A stretch of 64,000 bases of DNA from Candidatus Doudnabacteria bacterium (lineage in GTDB: Bacteria; Patescibacteriota; Doudnabacteria; UBA920): contig CAWINB010000001.1 of the NCBI GenBank assembly GCA_963837465.1, forward strand, positions 11,915-75,914, in the 5' to 3' direction. Below the pieces are notes generated by a model that saw nothing but the letters and a program-made list of their open reading frames with translations, did no database searches and was not told the origin of the DNA. Below are positions 10,312-19,964 of this stretch, piece by piece. Every line of letters begins with the position of its first letter. The stretch's first letter is position 1. A program made the position numbers and the translations under genes.

Positions 10312-10965
10312 ATGTCCACGGCCACAACGACTCGACCGACAGTCTCATCCCCGCCCCCTGGACGCCGCCACTCCACCGGATCACCGTCGACGAGTACGAG
10401 CGGATCATCGAGGCGGGTGCGCTGGAAGATCCCGGCCGGGTCGAACTCATCGACGGCTAGATGGTGGACAAGATGGGGAAGAACGCGGAGCATCGCTACA
10501 CCACCAAGAAGATCCTCAAGGCGCTGGACGGCCGACTGCCGCCGGATGGACGTCGCGAAGGAGGAGCCGGTGCGGATCCCCGCCTATGACGAGCCGGAGC
10601 CGGACGTCGCGATCATCCGGGGCACCGACGCCGATTACGAACATCGGATCCCCACGGCCGCCGACGTGGCGCTGCTGGTCGAGGTCTCCGACTCGACGCT
10701 GGTCCAGGACCGCGGCAAGAGGCTCTCGGCCTATGCAAGGGGCAGGATCCCCGTCTACTGGATCGTCAACCTGGTCAACCGCCAGGTCGAGGTGTACTCC
10801 CGGCCGGGGAAGAGCGGTTACCGGTCTCACAAGATCTTCGCATCCGGCGAGCAAGTCCCGGTCACGATCGGCGGCCAGCAGCTCCGCCCGATCGCCGTCG
10901 ATAACCTGCTCCCCCGCCGCAAAGCCACCGAGGGCAAGGGCCGGCCCAAGGGTAACGGGGCATGA
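10312..10965 (+). pseudogene. Uma2-family (DUF820, PD-(D/E)XK-like) putative endonuclease, copy 1. Frameshift ~10340, in-frame TAG at 10458, net -2 deletion ~10535.
   Basis: MSTATTTRPTVS / LIPAPWTPPLHRITVDEYERIIEAGALEDPGRVELIDG*MVDKM... / EEPVRIPAYDEPEPDVAIIRG...VYWIVNLVNRQVEVYSRPG, pieced from three frames. Paralogous to copy 2. Confidence 0.75.
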
Positions 10966-10968
10966 CCG

Positions 10969-11392
10969 ATGCCCAAGCCCATCCCCAAGCCACCGCGTGC
11001 CGAGGAGGTCCTGGCGGCGGTCGCGGCCCGGTACCCGGCCGGCGCGACGGTCACGCGGTCGGATGATCGCCGAGGTCGGCGGCGTCAACCTGGCGACGGC
11101 GGGTCAGATCCGCCAGTGGGTACGGCGCATGGGCGATGGCCGTTCGCCGACGGCAAGGGGGAGCCCGACCCCGTCAGGTCCGGCCCATCGGCCCGTCGCT
11201 GACCGGGACGGATTGGTCATAGATCGCCGATCAACCGAGCGGTGCGTCCACTCGTCAGATGGGTCCAGTCGGGAGAGCTCCGGCGGCTCGGCGACGATCG
11301 CGGCCCGCCCGTCGGCCGGGCAGGGGGGCCGCCCGGCCGGGCCGGGCTCGCTTCGTCACCCGGATCCGGGCCGGGCCGCCGGAAGATGTTGA
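10969..11392 (+). CDS. Small conserved hypothetical protein, copy 1 (MPKPIPKPPRAEEVLAAVAARYPAGATVT...). Frameshifted after ~30 aa and longer C-terminal tail than copy 2.
   Basis: First 29 aa identical to the 61-aa ORF at 12124. MIAEVGGVNLATAGQIRQW continues in another frame. Confidence 0.4.
11297..11375. repeat. ~75-bp direct repeat, copy 2.
   Basis: Near-identical to 10020-10095 with a few indels. Confidence 0.6.
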
Positions 11393-11497
11393 CGTCCCCG
11401 GCCGGCCTGTGAGTCAATGGATGTATCGGCGAGTCATGCTGATCCGCGGACCATCACCGCCACGCAAGGAAGATGACACTCGGTCGGAGTGAATCCC

Positions 11498-12107
11498 ATG
11501 TCCACCCTCGCGTCGATGCCGACTCAACCGGCGGGCCCGATTCGGATCCCCTGGCCGCTCTACCGCATGACGCCTGGAGCAATACGAGTCGCTGATCGCC
11601 TCCGGCTTCTTCGCCAAGCAGGACGACGTCCACCTCATCAACGGATACGTGGTGAACCGAATGGCCGAATCGCCCTTGCACGGCGCCGTCTGCGAAGCGA
11701 TCCGCATGGCCATCGGGGCGATCCTGCTGGCCGGCTGGCATACCCGCAGCGAGAAGGGGCTGAGGATCCCCTCGCAGATCAGCATCCCGCGCCCGACCTC
11801 GCCGTCGTGCGCGGCGACTGCGCGGGATTACTTGACCCGGTACCCCGACGCGGCCGATGCCGCCCTGGTCGTCGAGGTGTCCGTCTCGAGCCTGGACGAA
11901 GACCGGGCGATGGCCGACATCTACGCGGCCGGCGGCATCCCGGTCTACTGGATCGTCAACGTGGACGACGGCCAGGTCGAGGTCTACTCCGACCCGGGTC
12001 CATCCGGCTACCAGTCGCACGAGGTCCTCGCGCCCGGCCATGTGCTGCCGGTCGTGATCGACGGCGTCGAGATCGGCGAGATCCCGGTGGCCGACATCCT
12101 GCCCTGA
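11498..12107 (+). pseudogene. Uma2-family putative endonuclease, copy 2. Frameshift ~11575 and two compensating indels ~11790-11835.
   Basis: MSTLASMPTQPAGPIRIPWPLYRMTP / EQYESLIASGFFAKQDDVHLINGYVVNRM... / ...PDAADAALVVEVSVSSLDEDRAMADIYAAGGIPVYWIVNVDDGQVEVYSDPG. Confidence 0.75.
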
Positions 12108-12123
12108 CGGGAGTTGACCGCCC

Positions 12124-12309
12124 ATGCCCAAGCCGATCCCCAAGCCACCGCGGGCCGAGGAGGTCCTGGCGGCGGTCGCGGCCCGGTACCCGGCCGGCGC
12201 GACGGTCACGCTGCCGATGATCGCCGAGGTCGGCGGCGTCAACCTGGCGACGGCGGGTCAGATCCGCCAGTGGGCGAGGGCGTGCAATTCATACCGTTCC
12301 GAGAAGTGA
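12124..12309 (+). CDS. Small conserved hypothetical protein, copy 2 (61 aa, intact).
   Basis: MPKPIPKPPRAEEVLAAVAARYPAGATVTLPMIAEVGGVNLATAGQIRQWARACNSYRSEK. Follows Uma2 copy 2 exactly as copy 1 follows Uma2 copy 1. Confidence 0.5.
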   Translation: MPKPIPKPPRAEEVLAAVAARYPAGATVTLPMIAEVGGVNLATAGQIRQWARACNSYRSEK

Positions 12310-12315
12310 CCCCAA

Positions 12316-13130
12316 CTAGAAATCACCATAAGTCTTCACGCGGCGGGTCAGGTCGGAGATCGCCTCTCTGTGGCTCATGTGTTCCTCTCGCCTGAGCATG
12401 TCGTAGACGACGACGAATCGTCTGATCAAACGCTTTTCGAAGCCTTTACGGCTGGTGGATCTCATGGTCTGAACCAGACCCTCGAGGATGTCTGTTGGCT
12501 TCGTTCCCTCCCGGTATAATTCCTGACTGGCGCTACGGCAGTTGATCCAGACGTCGAACACGTCTGCCTCGAAATAGCTCGTCGCCTCGACGAGAAGCAG
12601 TTCAAACTCCCGGCCGGGCGGCATTGTTGCAGCCATGTCCTCATAGAATTCGCGCATCGACTTTTGGGCCTTAGCGAGCGGTTCATAGTCTTTGGAGTCC
12701 TGTTCTTGCAGGGCGTTTCTCTCCCTGGCGCACCCATGAGAAACTTGGCCGCGTAATCAGGCATCTCGGGATGACGACGCTTCGGATCATAACCCCGAGA
12801 AAAACCAGCGAACCACAAACAGAGAGAAACAAAGCCGATCACCCCGGCCGAAATCCCACCCACCAAGACGAGGGTCTTCAGTCTTGAACTTGAAGCCTGT
12901 GCGTTCTTCGGCCTCCACGGTTCGGACTCAGGGCTACCCCTTTCCTCGTCGGTCGCAGGCCGTGTCAGTGCCGGGGGAATCGGCGGCGGAGAGTCACCTG
13001 ACTTCAATGTCAACGGGAACGGGACCACGACTCCCCATCCGCACGACGGACATTTCGACCGCCGGCCAGCGTATTCATCCTTCACGCTCAGATTCTTGCC
13101 GCACGATCCACACGAGAAGCTAATCGCCAT
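12316..13130 (-). CDS. Zinc-ribbon / Pro-rich linker / single-TM protein with C-terminal soluble domain. Apparent frameshift near 12735-12750.
   Basis: N-term MAISFSCGSCGKNLSVKDEYAGRRSKCPSCG (CxxC...CxxC). TM LVLVGGISAGVIGFVSLCLWFAGF. C-terminal domain continues in the ORF 12316..12657 frame. Lies in the ~50-55% GC island. Confidence 0.45.
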
Positions 13131-13757
13131 CGATCGGCCTCCACCTAACGGCCAACACGAACGGCCACGCTTGGATCATGATATCGTGCATTATGTAGTA
13201 TTCAAGACAATCGAGCCTCCTCAGACCCCGCCGGCCAGGCAGGGGCGCCCTTCGGTCGGGGCGTTGGGCAGACCGCTCACCTACTTGCGGTCTGGGCTTC
13301 CGGTCTCGGATCATCCTCGATAATTCACCGGGGACCCAGACGACGCCCTGGTCGAGCCAGGGGCAAAGCGGATTAGTGCACCAAGCTCGTACGCACCGAG
13401 CTCCCCGCCGGGATCAGTTAGGTCGCGCCGCTCCCAAACAATTCTGTAAGCAACCGGTGAGGTACGACAACGGGGACAGATCACGTCGGCCATCGAGTTA
13501 GGCTCCCAGCAGGCCGGGATGCACTCCATTGGCATCTCCGTGCCCACTTCACAGCCTAATGCCCCAGACCTCCTTGGCTGAAACGGCGGGCCATCTGGTG
13601 ACCAGATTCCCTAACGTTAAGCGACTCTCGGATGAAGTGATGGCAGACGATCCGCTCGCGGGAAAACCCACGCTCAGTCTATAATCCGCTTGACTGCCTT
13701 TTACTTCATGACGTAGGTCTCGCTGTAAGGTGTGAGTGCCCAATAAGTTCCGAATTG

Positions 13758-14063
13758 CTACAGAGTATCACCTCGAAGGGATTCCTCAATCTTGGCCTTC
13801 AGCTCATCGGGGCCATTCACGTGCATCTTGAGGTCCTTCAGATCGCTTCCGCTAAAACTCAAAGTAACTTTTGACAGGTTCTCGTGGCCGATCGCATCTG
13901 CGACTCGCTGGCGTGCGATTTCCTCCATCTTGCTCCCGATGGAATCCCGGTTCTCTCGGAGGTATTCGTCGAGCATATCTTCGCCGTCGAATTCGAAGGA
14001 CATGATGGCTTCCACCTTCCAAATCGCTGGGCTCGGGTACTCCGCAGCAAACGGCCGAAACAC
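13758..14063 (-). CDS. Hypothetical small acidic protein.
   Basis: ORF with balanced composition in the lower-GC island. Likely starts at internal Met (MSFEFDGEDMLDEY...). Confidence 0.35.
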   Translation of the reverse strand: MFRPFAAEYPSPAIWKVEAIMSFEFDGEDMLDEYLRENRDSIGSKMEEIARQRVADAIGHENLSKVTLSFSGSDLKDLKMHVNGPDELKAKIEESLRGDTL

Positions 14064-14339
14064 ACCAAGTTCGCCGTGTGATTGGGTAGATTATCTAAAC
14101 TAAAGTATACGCCATTTCGCCGTCGATCGCAACGTCGCTTGCCGTCGCGGCTCTTGGCCTTCACGTAGCAAATGGACAAAAAACAACGCTAAGGCCGGTC
14201 TTTCCCGAAACTCAGTGGCTCAAGCAGGCCTGGGGACGTTGATTCTGTGACGGGTAACGGAACGGCTTTGAGGGGCCTTTTCAGCGGGATTTCGGCTACC
14301 CTAGGGGAGAGTGCCGAAATTGCTCCATTTCGGGATTGA

Positions 14340-15257
14340 GTGAGTCGAAGACCGGAATCGACATGGATGCTCACGCGATGGCTGGTGTTCCATGTCGCGA
14401 GCGGCCAATCGTTCTTCACAGGCGCCGCCTGCCTGATTGTTGCGGTGTGTCTGACAGCCTTGAAAAAGCAGCGTCACATACGCATAGCTCGGAACGCTCT
14501 CGTCTGTCTCGGAGGCATATTCGTCTCCGTGTCCGCGACACCGTTGTCGCCTTGGTTCTATCTCCTCCTGCTCATCGCGTCACTGCTCTGGTTGGTGGGC
14601 GAAGCGTTTGGTGGGCGGGTCTCCGGCCCGACTCGTCCTCGGGTTGCGGGTCGCTGTCGCCATCGTGTGGGTAGCGGCGGTGCTCGTCGAATTGCCCTAC
14701 CACCTCTCGCCGAGGGTTCCTCAACTCGGCCATCCGATTCTCGGAATCATCGGCGATTCGGTAACGGCCGGGATGGGTGAGCAGAAGGCCGTTACCTGGC
14801 CCCGAATCTTCGCGGACCGCTACGGCGTCGTGGTCCACGACCATTCTCTGGCGGGGGCCAATGTCGCTTCCGCGTTGCGACAAGCGGCCTCTGTTTCCTC
14901 GGACGAGCGGCTCGTTTTGCTGGAGATCGGTGGGAATGACATCCTGGGGGAGACCACCCCCGCAGGGTTTGAGGCGGGGCTCGCGGGTTGCTCTCGGCGG
15001 TCTGCCGACCCGGCCGAGTTGTTGTCATGCTTGAGTTGCCGTTGCCGCCCACGTACAACGCTTACGGCCGCATTCAGCGTCGCCTGGCTCGGCAATACAA
15101 GACCCTCTTGGTTCCCAAGCGAGTTCTGCTCGGTGTCCTCCAACAGCAGGGCTCGACCCTCGACACGATTCATCTCACCCAAGAGGGTCACCAAGGCATG
15201 GCCGACGCCGTTTGGAATGTCGTGCGGGCTGCGTACGAAGACGAGAGGCGGCCTTAG
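14340..15257 (+). CDS. Membrane-anchored SGNH/GDSL-family hydrolase. At least two 1-bp frameshifts (~14615 and ~14995).
   Basis: Three predicted TM segments, then GIIGDSVTAGMG (block I), LLEIGGNDILG (block III), and C-terminal ...LDTIHLTQEGHQGMADAVW (block V) in successive frames. Confidence 0.65.
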
Positions 15258-15353
15258 CGTTGTTTTCTGTCCGTTTGCTACTGGAAGGCCCTCTTGAAGT
15301 TCCTCGGACCCCGCCGGCCCGTCCGTGGCCCGGCCCCCCGCCCACCCCCGGAG

Positions 15354-16187
15354 TGCCGGCATCGTGCCGGCCCGGGCGGTCGGGCCGTCGTGGCCCGCCC
15401 GCTGCTCGCGCCCGCCGGCCTGGTCCCGCTCGAGGCGCCCGCCCGCCGGCCGGGCCGGTCGGAGGGCCGGCATCCTGCCGGCCACCCGCGACGGCGACCG
15501 CGACCGCCGCGGCCGACGGCGACGCCGAGCTGGTCCGCCTGGACTGGACAGCCCGCCCGCCGGTGACCGCCCGGGCCGGCCCGGGCCACCATCGCCGGCG
15601 ACGGTGACGGCGACGTCGGCCGCGGTGACGCGCACGCTGACGACGCCCAGGCCGTTGACCAGCTCGGCGACGATCGCCGCGGCGATGGGGATCCTCGCCT
15701 GGCTTCCAGAGCCGCCGGCTACGCTCAAGCGGAGACTGACGCGTCAATCAGAGAAGGGAGGGCGTGCCGCCGGCAAAGACACGCTGACGCGGGCGGACGT
15801 TTCCCAGGCGGTAGCTCGCCAGGCTTCAGGGGAATCGGAGCCCTGTTGCTTCGTAAACGACCAGCCGTCAGCCGCTCCCGACACATGCCGTGCCAGGCGG
15901 CTCACTGCGTTCGGCCCTACGGGCTACCCGCCTGTCACGGCAATATGCAGGGTCCGCGGTTCACGGGCACGGCCGTCCTGGCTGGGTTCGGCGGGCATCC
16001 TGCCCCCGGGCTTCGGCCAACACCCCCCAAGAATACCGGGGGGGGTTTTGGCCTCCGCCGAACAAAAGGTGGTCGCTTCGCTCCGCGCTATCAGTTGGGG
16101 GTAAGGAGGAGGAGAGGAGGGGGGTCTCCCCCCGCGGCCGGCATCCTGTCCGGCCCGCCCCAAGGCCACGGCGGGCATCGTGCCCGC
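15354..16187. repeat. GC-rich noncoding block with five copies of a 17-bp palindrome GCCGGCATC(S)TGCCGGC / GCGGGCATC(S)TGCCCGC.
   Basis: Copies at 15354-15370, 15466-15482, 15992-16008 (imperfect), 16135-16152 (1-nt insertion), 16171-16187. The two variants keep dyad symmetry through compensating changes. Confidence 0.6.
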
Positions 16188-16503
16188 CGCTGCCGCTGTC
16201 GCGGTGCATCGCCCGCCCGCCGCTCGCCGGCCCGCTCGTTGGCGGGCGTCCGCCCCCCGGCCACATCGCCTCATCATTCGTTTATTAGTTCACTCTTGCA
16301 CGTATGTTTCCGGAAACGACACTAGTCGATTTTCCCGGGGAAAACCGCGATTTTCCCGGATTTTGGCTTATGACAGCCATAGTGTATTTTGGTACAATGG
16401 CGGTCCCGGGCCGGCATCGGGCCGGCCCGGGAAAGCAATGGCCCCGCGAGTGCTAGTAACACCCGCGGGGCCGAGTCCGCAAGCTTATTGGAGCTCGCGA
16501 ACC

Positions 16504-17150
16504 ATGGCCACTGTAGCAGCTCCGCCGCGCCCCGTCGGCGCGGCCCCGCCCCCCGTCCGTCACGGCATCTGCCGGCTCACCCTCCGGATCGGAGGCACCG
16601 AGTACCGCCTCCGGCCCATGCCCGCCCCAGCCCGGCTTCCGCGCCGTCTGGGTGCTCAGGAAACTCGATCCGCACGGCCCGGTCGTGCACTACTCCGTCG
16701 CCCAGCCCAAGGGCGAGCCCGCCGGTTGCACCTGCCCGGATCACGAACAGCGTGGTCCATATGCAAGCACATCATGGCGCTTGCGGCGCTGGGCCTCATC
16801 GCCCCGCCGAAGGCCGCCCGGCCGGCCAAGGCCCGCACCCGGCAGCTCCACGCCAAGAATGCCCGCCAGGCCATCGCCGAGGCCAAGGCCCTGCCGGTCG
16901 AGGCCCGCCGCCACCTGGCGGAGATCGCCCCGCGCCCAGGCCTGCCCGGAGGGCTGGCAGTCCCGGCGGCGCCGCACCCGTCCTTCGCCACCGGCTTCCG
17001 CCAGGCCGTTGCCGCCCACGTCGCCCGCATCCGGCCGCGGCGGCCTATGAGCCATCTGCGATGGCTGCGGCGCGGAATTCGACCCAGATCTCCGGCGATC
17101 CCGAATTTCTGCGAAGCATGCTTGCGCGAAGGAGGTGCGCATGAACAACA
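16504..17150 (+). CDS. SWIM-type zinc-finger protein (hypothetical). Reading frame broken at ~16625 and ~16760; 3' end uncertain.
   Basis: GEPAGCTCPDHEQRGP + ICKHIMALAALGLI gives the C-x-C-x(n)-C-x-H SWIM signature when two frames are joined. Confidence 0.35.
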
Positions 17151-17476
17151 CCGAACTTCTCACTTACGTCCAGGCCGAGATCCGGCGCTGGGGGCGCTGC
17201 GGCGGCCCATGCCGCGTTCGTCGCCGATCAGCTCGATCGCATCGCGCAGCTCATCGTCGTTCACCGGCGCGAGACAGCCCGAGCAATTCGACGCGGATCG
17301 CGTGCAACGAGGAAGGCGTCAAGGAGGAAGCACTTCGAGCCGCGGCTACCGAGGGTCGGGAATCCGCACCTCCTGTCCATCTGAGCGGCCGTGCACCAAT
17401 TAGCCCGCCCCCCGCCCCACGGCCCGCCCCGCCCGTCCCGGGCGGGTCGGGCCTGCTCCCATCAGGAGATCACACC

Positions 17477-17731
17477 ATGGCGAAGAAACGACGCAAGAAG
17501 CTCACGAAGGCGGAGGCCGGCCGCATGGGCGGCAAGGCCACCGTGCGGAAGTACGGCCCCGAGCACATGCGACGATCGGCAAGGCCGGTTTCAGGCATCC
17601 GCCGGAAGTTCGGCTACATGGGCGGAGCCGCTGGCGCGATCCCGATGGCTGAAGAGGCAGGGGAAGATCCCCGAGCCTGGCCGACCCGCGACCCCGGAGA
17701 GCCGATCTTTCACGGCCTCTGGGAGCACTGA
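17477..17731 (+). CDS. Small basic protein with KGG-like repeat (MGGKATVRKYGPEHM...). Probably frameshifted.
   Basis: MAKKRRKKLTKAEAGRMGGKATVRKYGPEHM resembles KGG stress-protein repeats. Downstream repeat units appear in another frame. Confidence 0.25.
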   Translation: MAKKRRKKLTKAEAGRMGGKATVRKYGPEHMRRSARPVSGIRRKFGYMGGAAGAIPMAEEAGEDPRAWPTRDPGEPIFHGLWEH

Positions 17732-18589
17732 CGCCCGGCCCGACGAGCCCGAGGAGCCCGGTCATCGCGCAGATCCTGGCGTCGATCCGGCCGCCACCCA
17801 TCCACCGCACGACGAGAGGGATCTTCGGCTTCACGGCCGCACAGCGTGCGCCATCGCCCGAGCGACACGGGAGGATGACCCGTCATGACCAACGCCGAAC
17901 GCAAAGAGCCGCAGGGAGGCGGCGCTGAAGGCCGCCAGGACCCGCGCGGCGAAGCAGGCCACGGCCCCGGCCGAGCCCGAGGTGCCCACGCGCCCGGGAG
18001 ATCCTCGAGCGAGCCCGCGCCCTGGGCATCCACCGGGAGCGCGGCATCTACCGCTGGGCGCACGAGCTCAAGGCCGGCCATCACCCCAGGACTGGCCCTG
18101 GATGGTCCGGCAGGCCCTCCTCGGCGCCCTCGAAGTCTGGGAGGGGAAGCCGATGATCGTCCGACTTCGAGCAAGTCAACGCCCGCGGCGAGGCCTCCCG
18201 GCCGCGGGTCGATCTGAACGCCCTGGGCGCGCTCCTGGACCGCGCCGCCCTGGGCGTCGAGATGCTGCGCGGCCGGCTCCAGGCCGCCGGAGAGATCCCC
18301 GGCCCCGAGGCCAAGGCCCTGGAAACAGACCTCATCGCCGCGCTGCGGGAAGTCCGGTCGGTCCGGACCCGATCGCGGCGCCGCACCCCATGCACCAGGA
18401 GATGAGACATGCCCCGACCGAAGAAGAGCACCGACGGCCACGGGAAGGGAATCCCGCTGATCCCCTTCGAGGAGGTTGAACGCACCGGAAACCGACCTCT
18501 CGCAAGTCCCGGTCGAAGACCTGATGGACGAGCTCGCCATCGCGGGTTCCTCGTGGCCAAGGCCGATGAGGGAAGGCCCGAGCCGGTCA

Positions 18590-19079
18590 ATATTTGGGCA
18601 GGGACAGGGTAAATATGCAGTTTGAGATGCCGCTTAATAATATTATTTTGGATTTCTACGACAAACTAAAATCCGTTTCCAGCGGTTACGCGTCTTTAAA
18701 TTACGATTTTATAGAGGAGCGGGTGGGGGATTTGGTTAAGGTGGATATTTTAGTGGCCGGCGAACCCGTAGCCGCGCTCTCGGCCATAATGCACCGCAGT
18801 GTCGCCCACACCGACGGCAAAGAGCTGGTGGAAAAACTCAAAACCCTGATTCCCCGCCACCAATTTGAAATAGCCATCCAGGCTACAATAGGCGGCAAAG
18901 TCGTCGCCCGCGAAACCATCTCCGCTCTCCGTAAAGACGTTACCGGATATTTATACGGCGGCGATGTTACGCGCAAAATGAAACTGTTGAATAAACAAAA
19001 AAAAGGCAAAAAAAGGATGAAGCAGATTGGAAGAGTAGAAATCCCGCAGGAAGCGTTTTTGGCGGTCTTAAAGAAATAA
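18590..19079 (+). pseudogene. lepA: Elongation factor 4 (LepA), 3' terminal ~155 codons only. The 5' ~450 codons are missing at the GC-content junction.
   Basis: [30 protein letters not shown]...[40 protein letters not shown] matches the LepA C-terminal domain. The upstream sequence switches to ~70% GC with no LepA homology. Confidence 0.85.
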
Positions 19080-19141
19080 AGTTATCCACTTGACAATTGG
19101 TGTACGATTGTATACTATAAATACAAATAATATAAACTGAA

Positions 19142-19648
19142 ATGAAAAAAGAAGAACTTTTAGAAAAAGCAACAAACTTCGCCAAGAACAATGGTTATGT
19201 TGATGTAGTTAAAATAGCCAATGAGGCCGGGATTGGCGTTTTTGCGGTTGAAGAAGATGATAATTTCAACGCAAAGATTATTTATGACAAAGAAAATGAT
19301 AAGTACAAACTCTATGTAAATGAGAATCACACTATTGAAAGGCAGAGATTTTCAGTGGCTCATGAACTGGCACATCGAGTACTTCACAACGCAGAGTTAG
19401 TTACCTTGGGAAAATTGGATAGGGATGGCGATTCTATAATGGAGGAAGATGCCGATACCTTAGCCGCCGAAATTTTAATGCCTAAAATACTTGTTGAAAA
19501 TTATTTTGAATCACAAGGGTTTAAGGAAAACAAAATTGACAAAGGGATTATTTCCAGTATTGCAAAAAAATTTAGAGTTTCAAAAAGTATGACAATTCTT
19601 CGCTTAAGAGACCTAGACTACTATGTCCCCTTTATTCAATTTTCGTAA
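19142..19648 (+). CDS. ImmA/IrrE-family zinc metallopeptidase (DUF955/COG2856-like).
   Basis: HEXXH motif VAHELAHRVLH followed by a conserved Glu-containing region (EEDADTLAAEILMP). Confidence 0.75.
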   Translation: MKKEELLEKATNFAKNNGYVDVVKIANEAGIGVFAVEEDDNFNAKIIYDKENDKYKLYVNENHTIERQRFSVAHELAHRVLHNAELVTLGKLDRDGDSIMEEDADTLAAEILMPKILVENYFESQGFKENKIDKGIISSIAKKFRVSKSMTILRLRDLDYYVPFIQFS

Positions 19649-19922
19649 GGAGCCAAAACAAATATATACGGACGATGGGCTTGAGCAACTTACCCAAAAT
19701 GACGGCTACTGGCGTGTTAAGTTGTTGCGTGACGTTATTACCTATGTGGCGTGCGGTCTGATAGTTTTATTTGCCGTGGCTATTATTTATGAATATATAT
19801 TTGACTTAGCTTTTAGAAACTTCGTTATCGGGGAAATCAAAGATAGTTTTGAAGGGATAGTGTTCTTTGTTTTGTCTATGATTGGTATAACCTATAACAT
19901 AAAAGGAAAAAATTTAAAATAA
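19623..19922 (+). CDS. Hypothetical small membrane protein.
   Basis: 99-aa ORF with one TM helix. Ends at a terminator hairpin. Confidence 0.35.
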   Translation: MSPLFNFRKEPKQIYTDDGLEQLTQNDGYWRVKLLRDVITYVACGLIVLFAVAIIYEYIFDLAFRNFVIGEIKDSFEGIVFFVLSMIGITYNIKGKNLK

Positions 19923-19927
19923 AAAAA

Positions 19928-19952
19928 AATCGGCAAAATGCCGATTTTTTGG
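19928..19952 (+). terminator. Rho-independent terminator.
   Basis: atcggcaaaatgccgat hairpin followed by a T run. Confidence 0.6.
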
Positions 19953-19964
19953 TATAGTTTAACT

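Noticed and set aside
17885-18612. Several overlapping ORFs (17885..18217, 17982..18479, 18409..18612) as genes
   Set aside because: Fragments of plausible small proteins appear in shifting frames (e.g. EAALKAARTRAAKQ...ILERARALGIHRERGIYRWAHELKAG). None can be assembled into a confident gene, so they are left unannotated.
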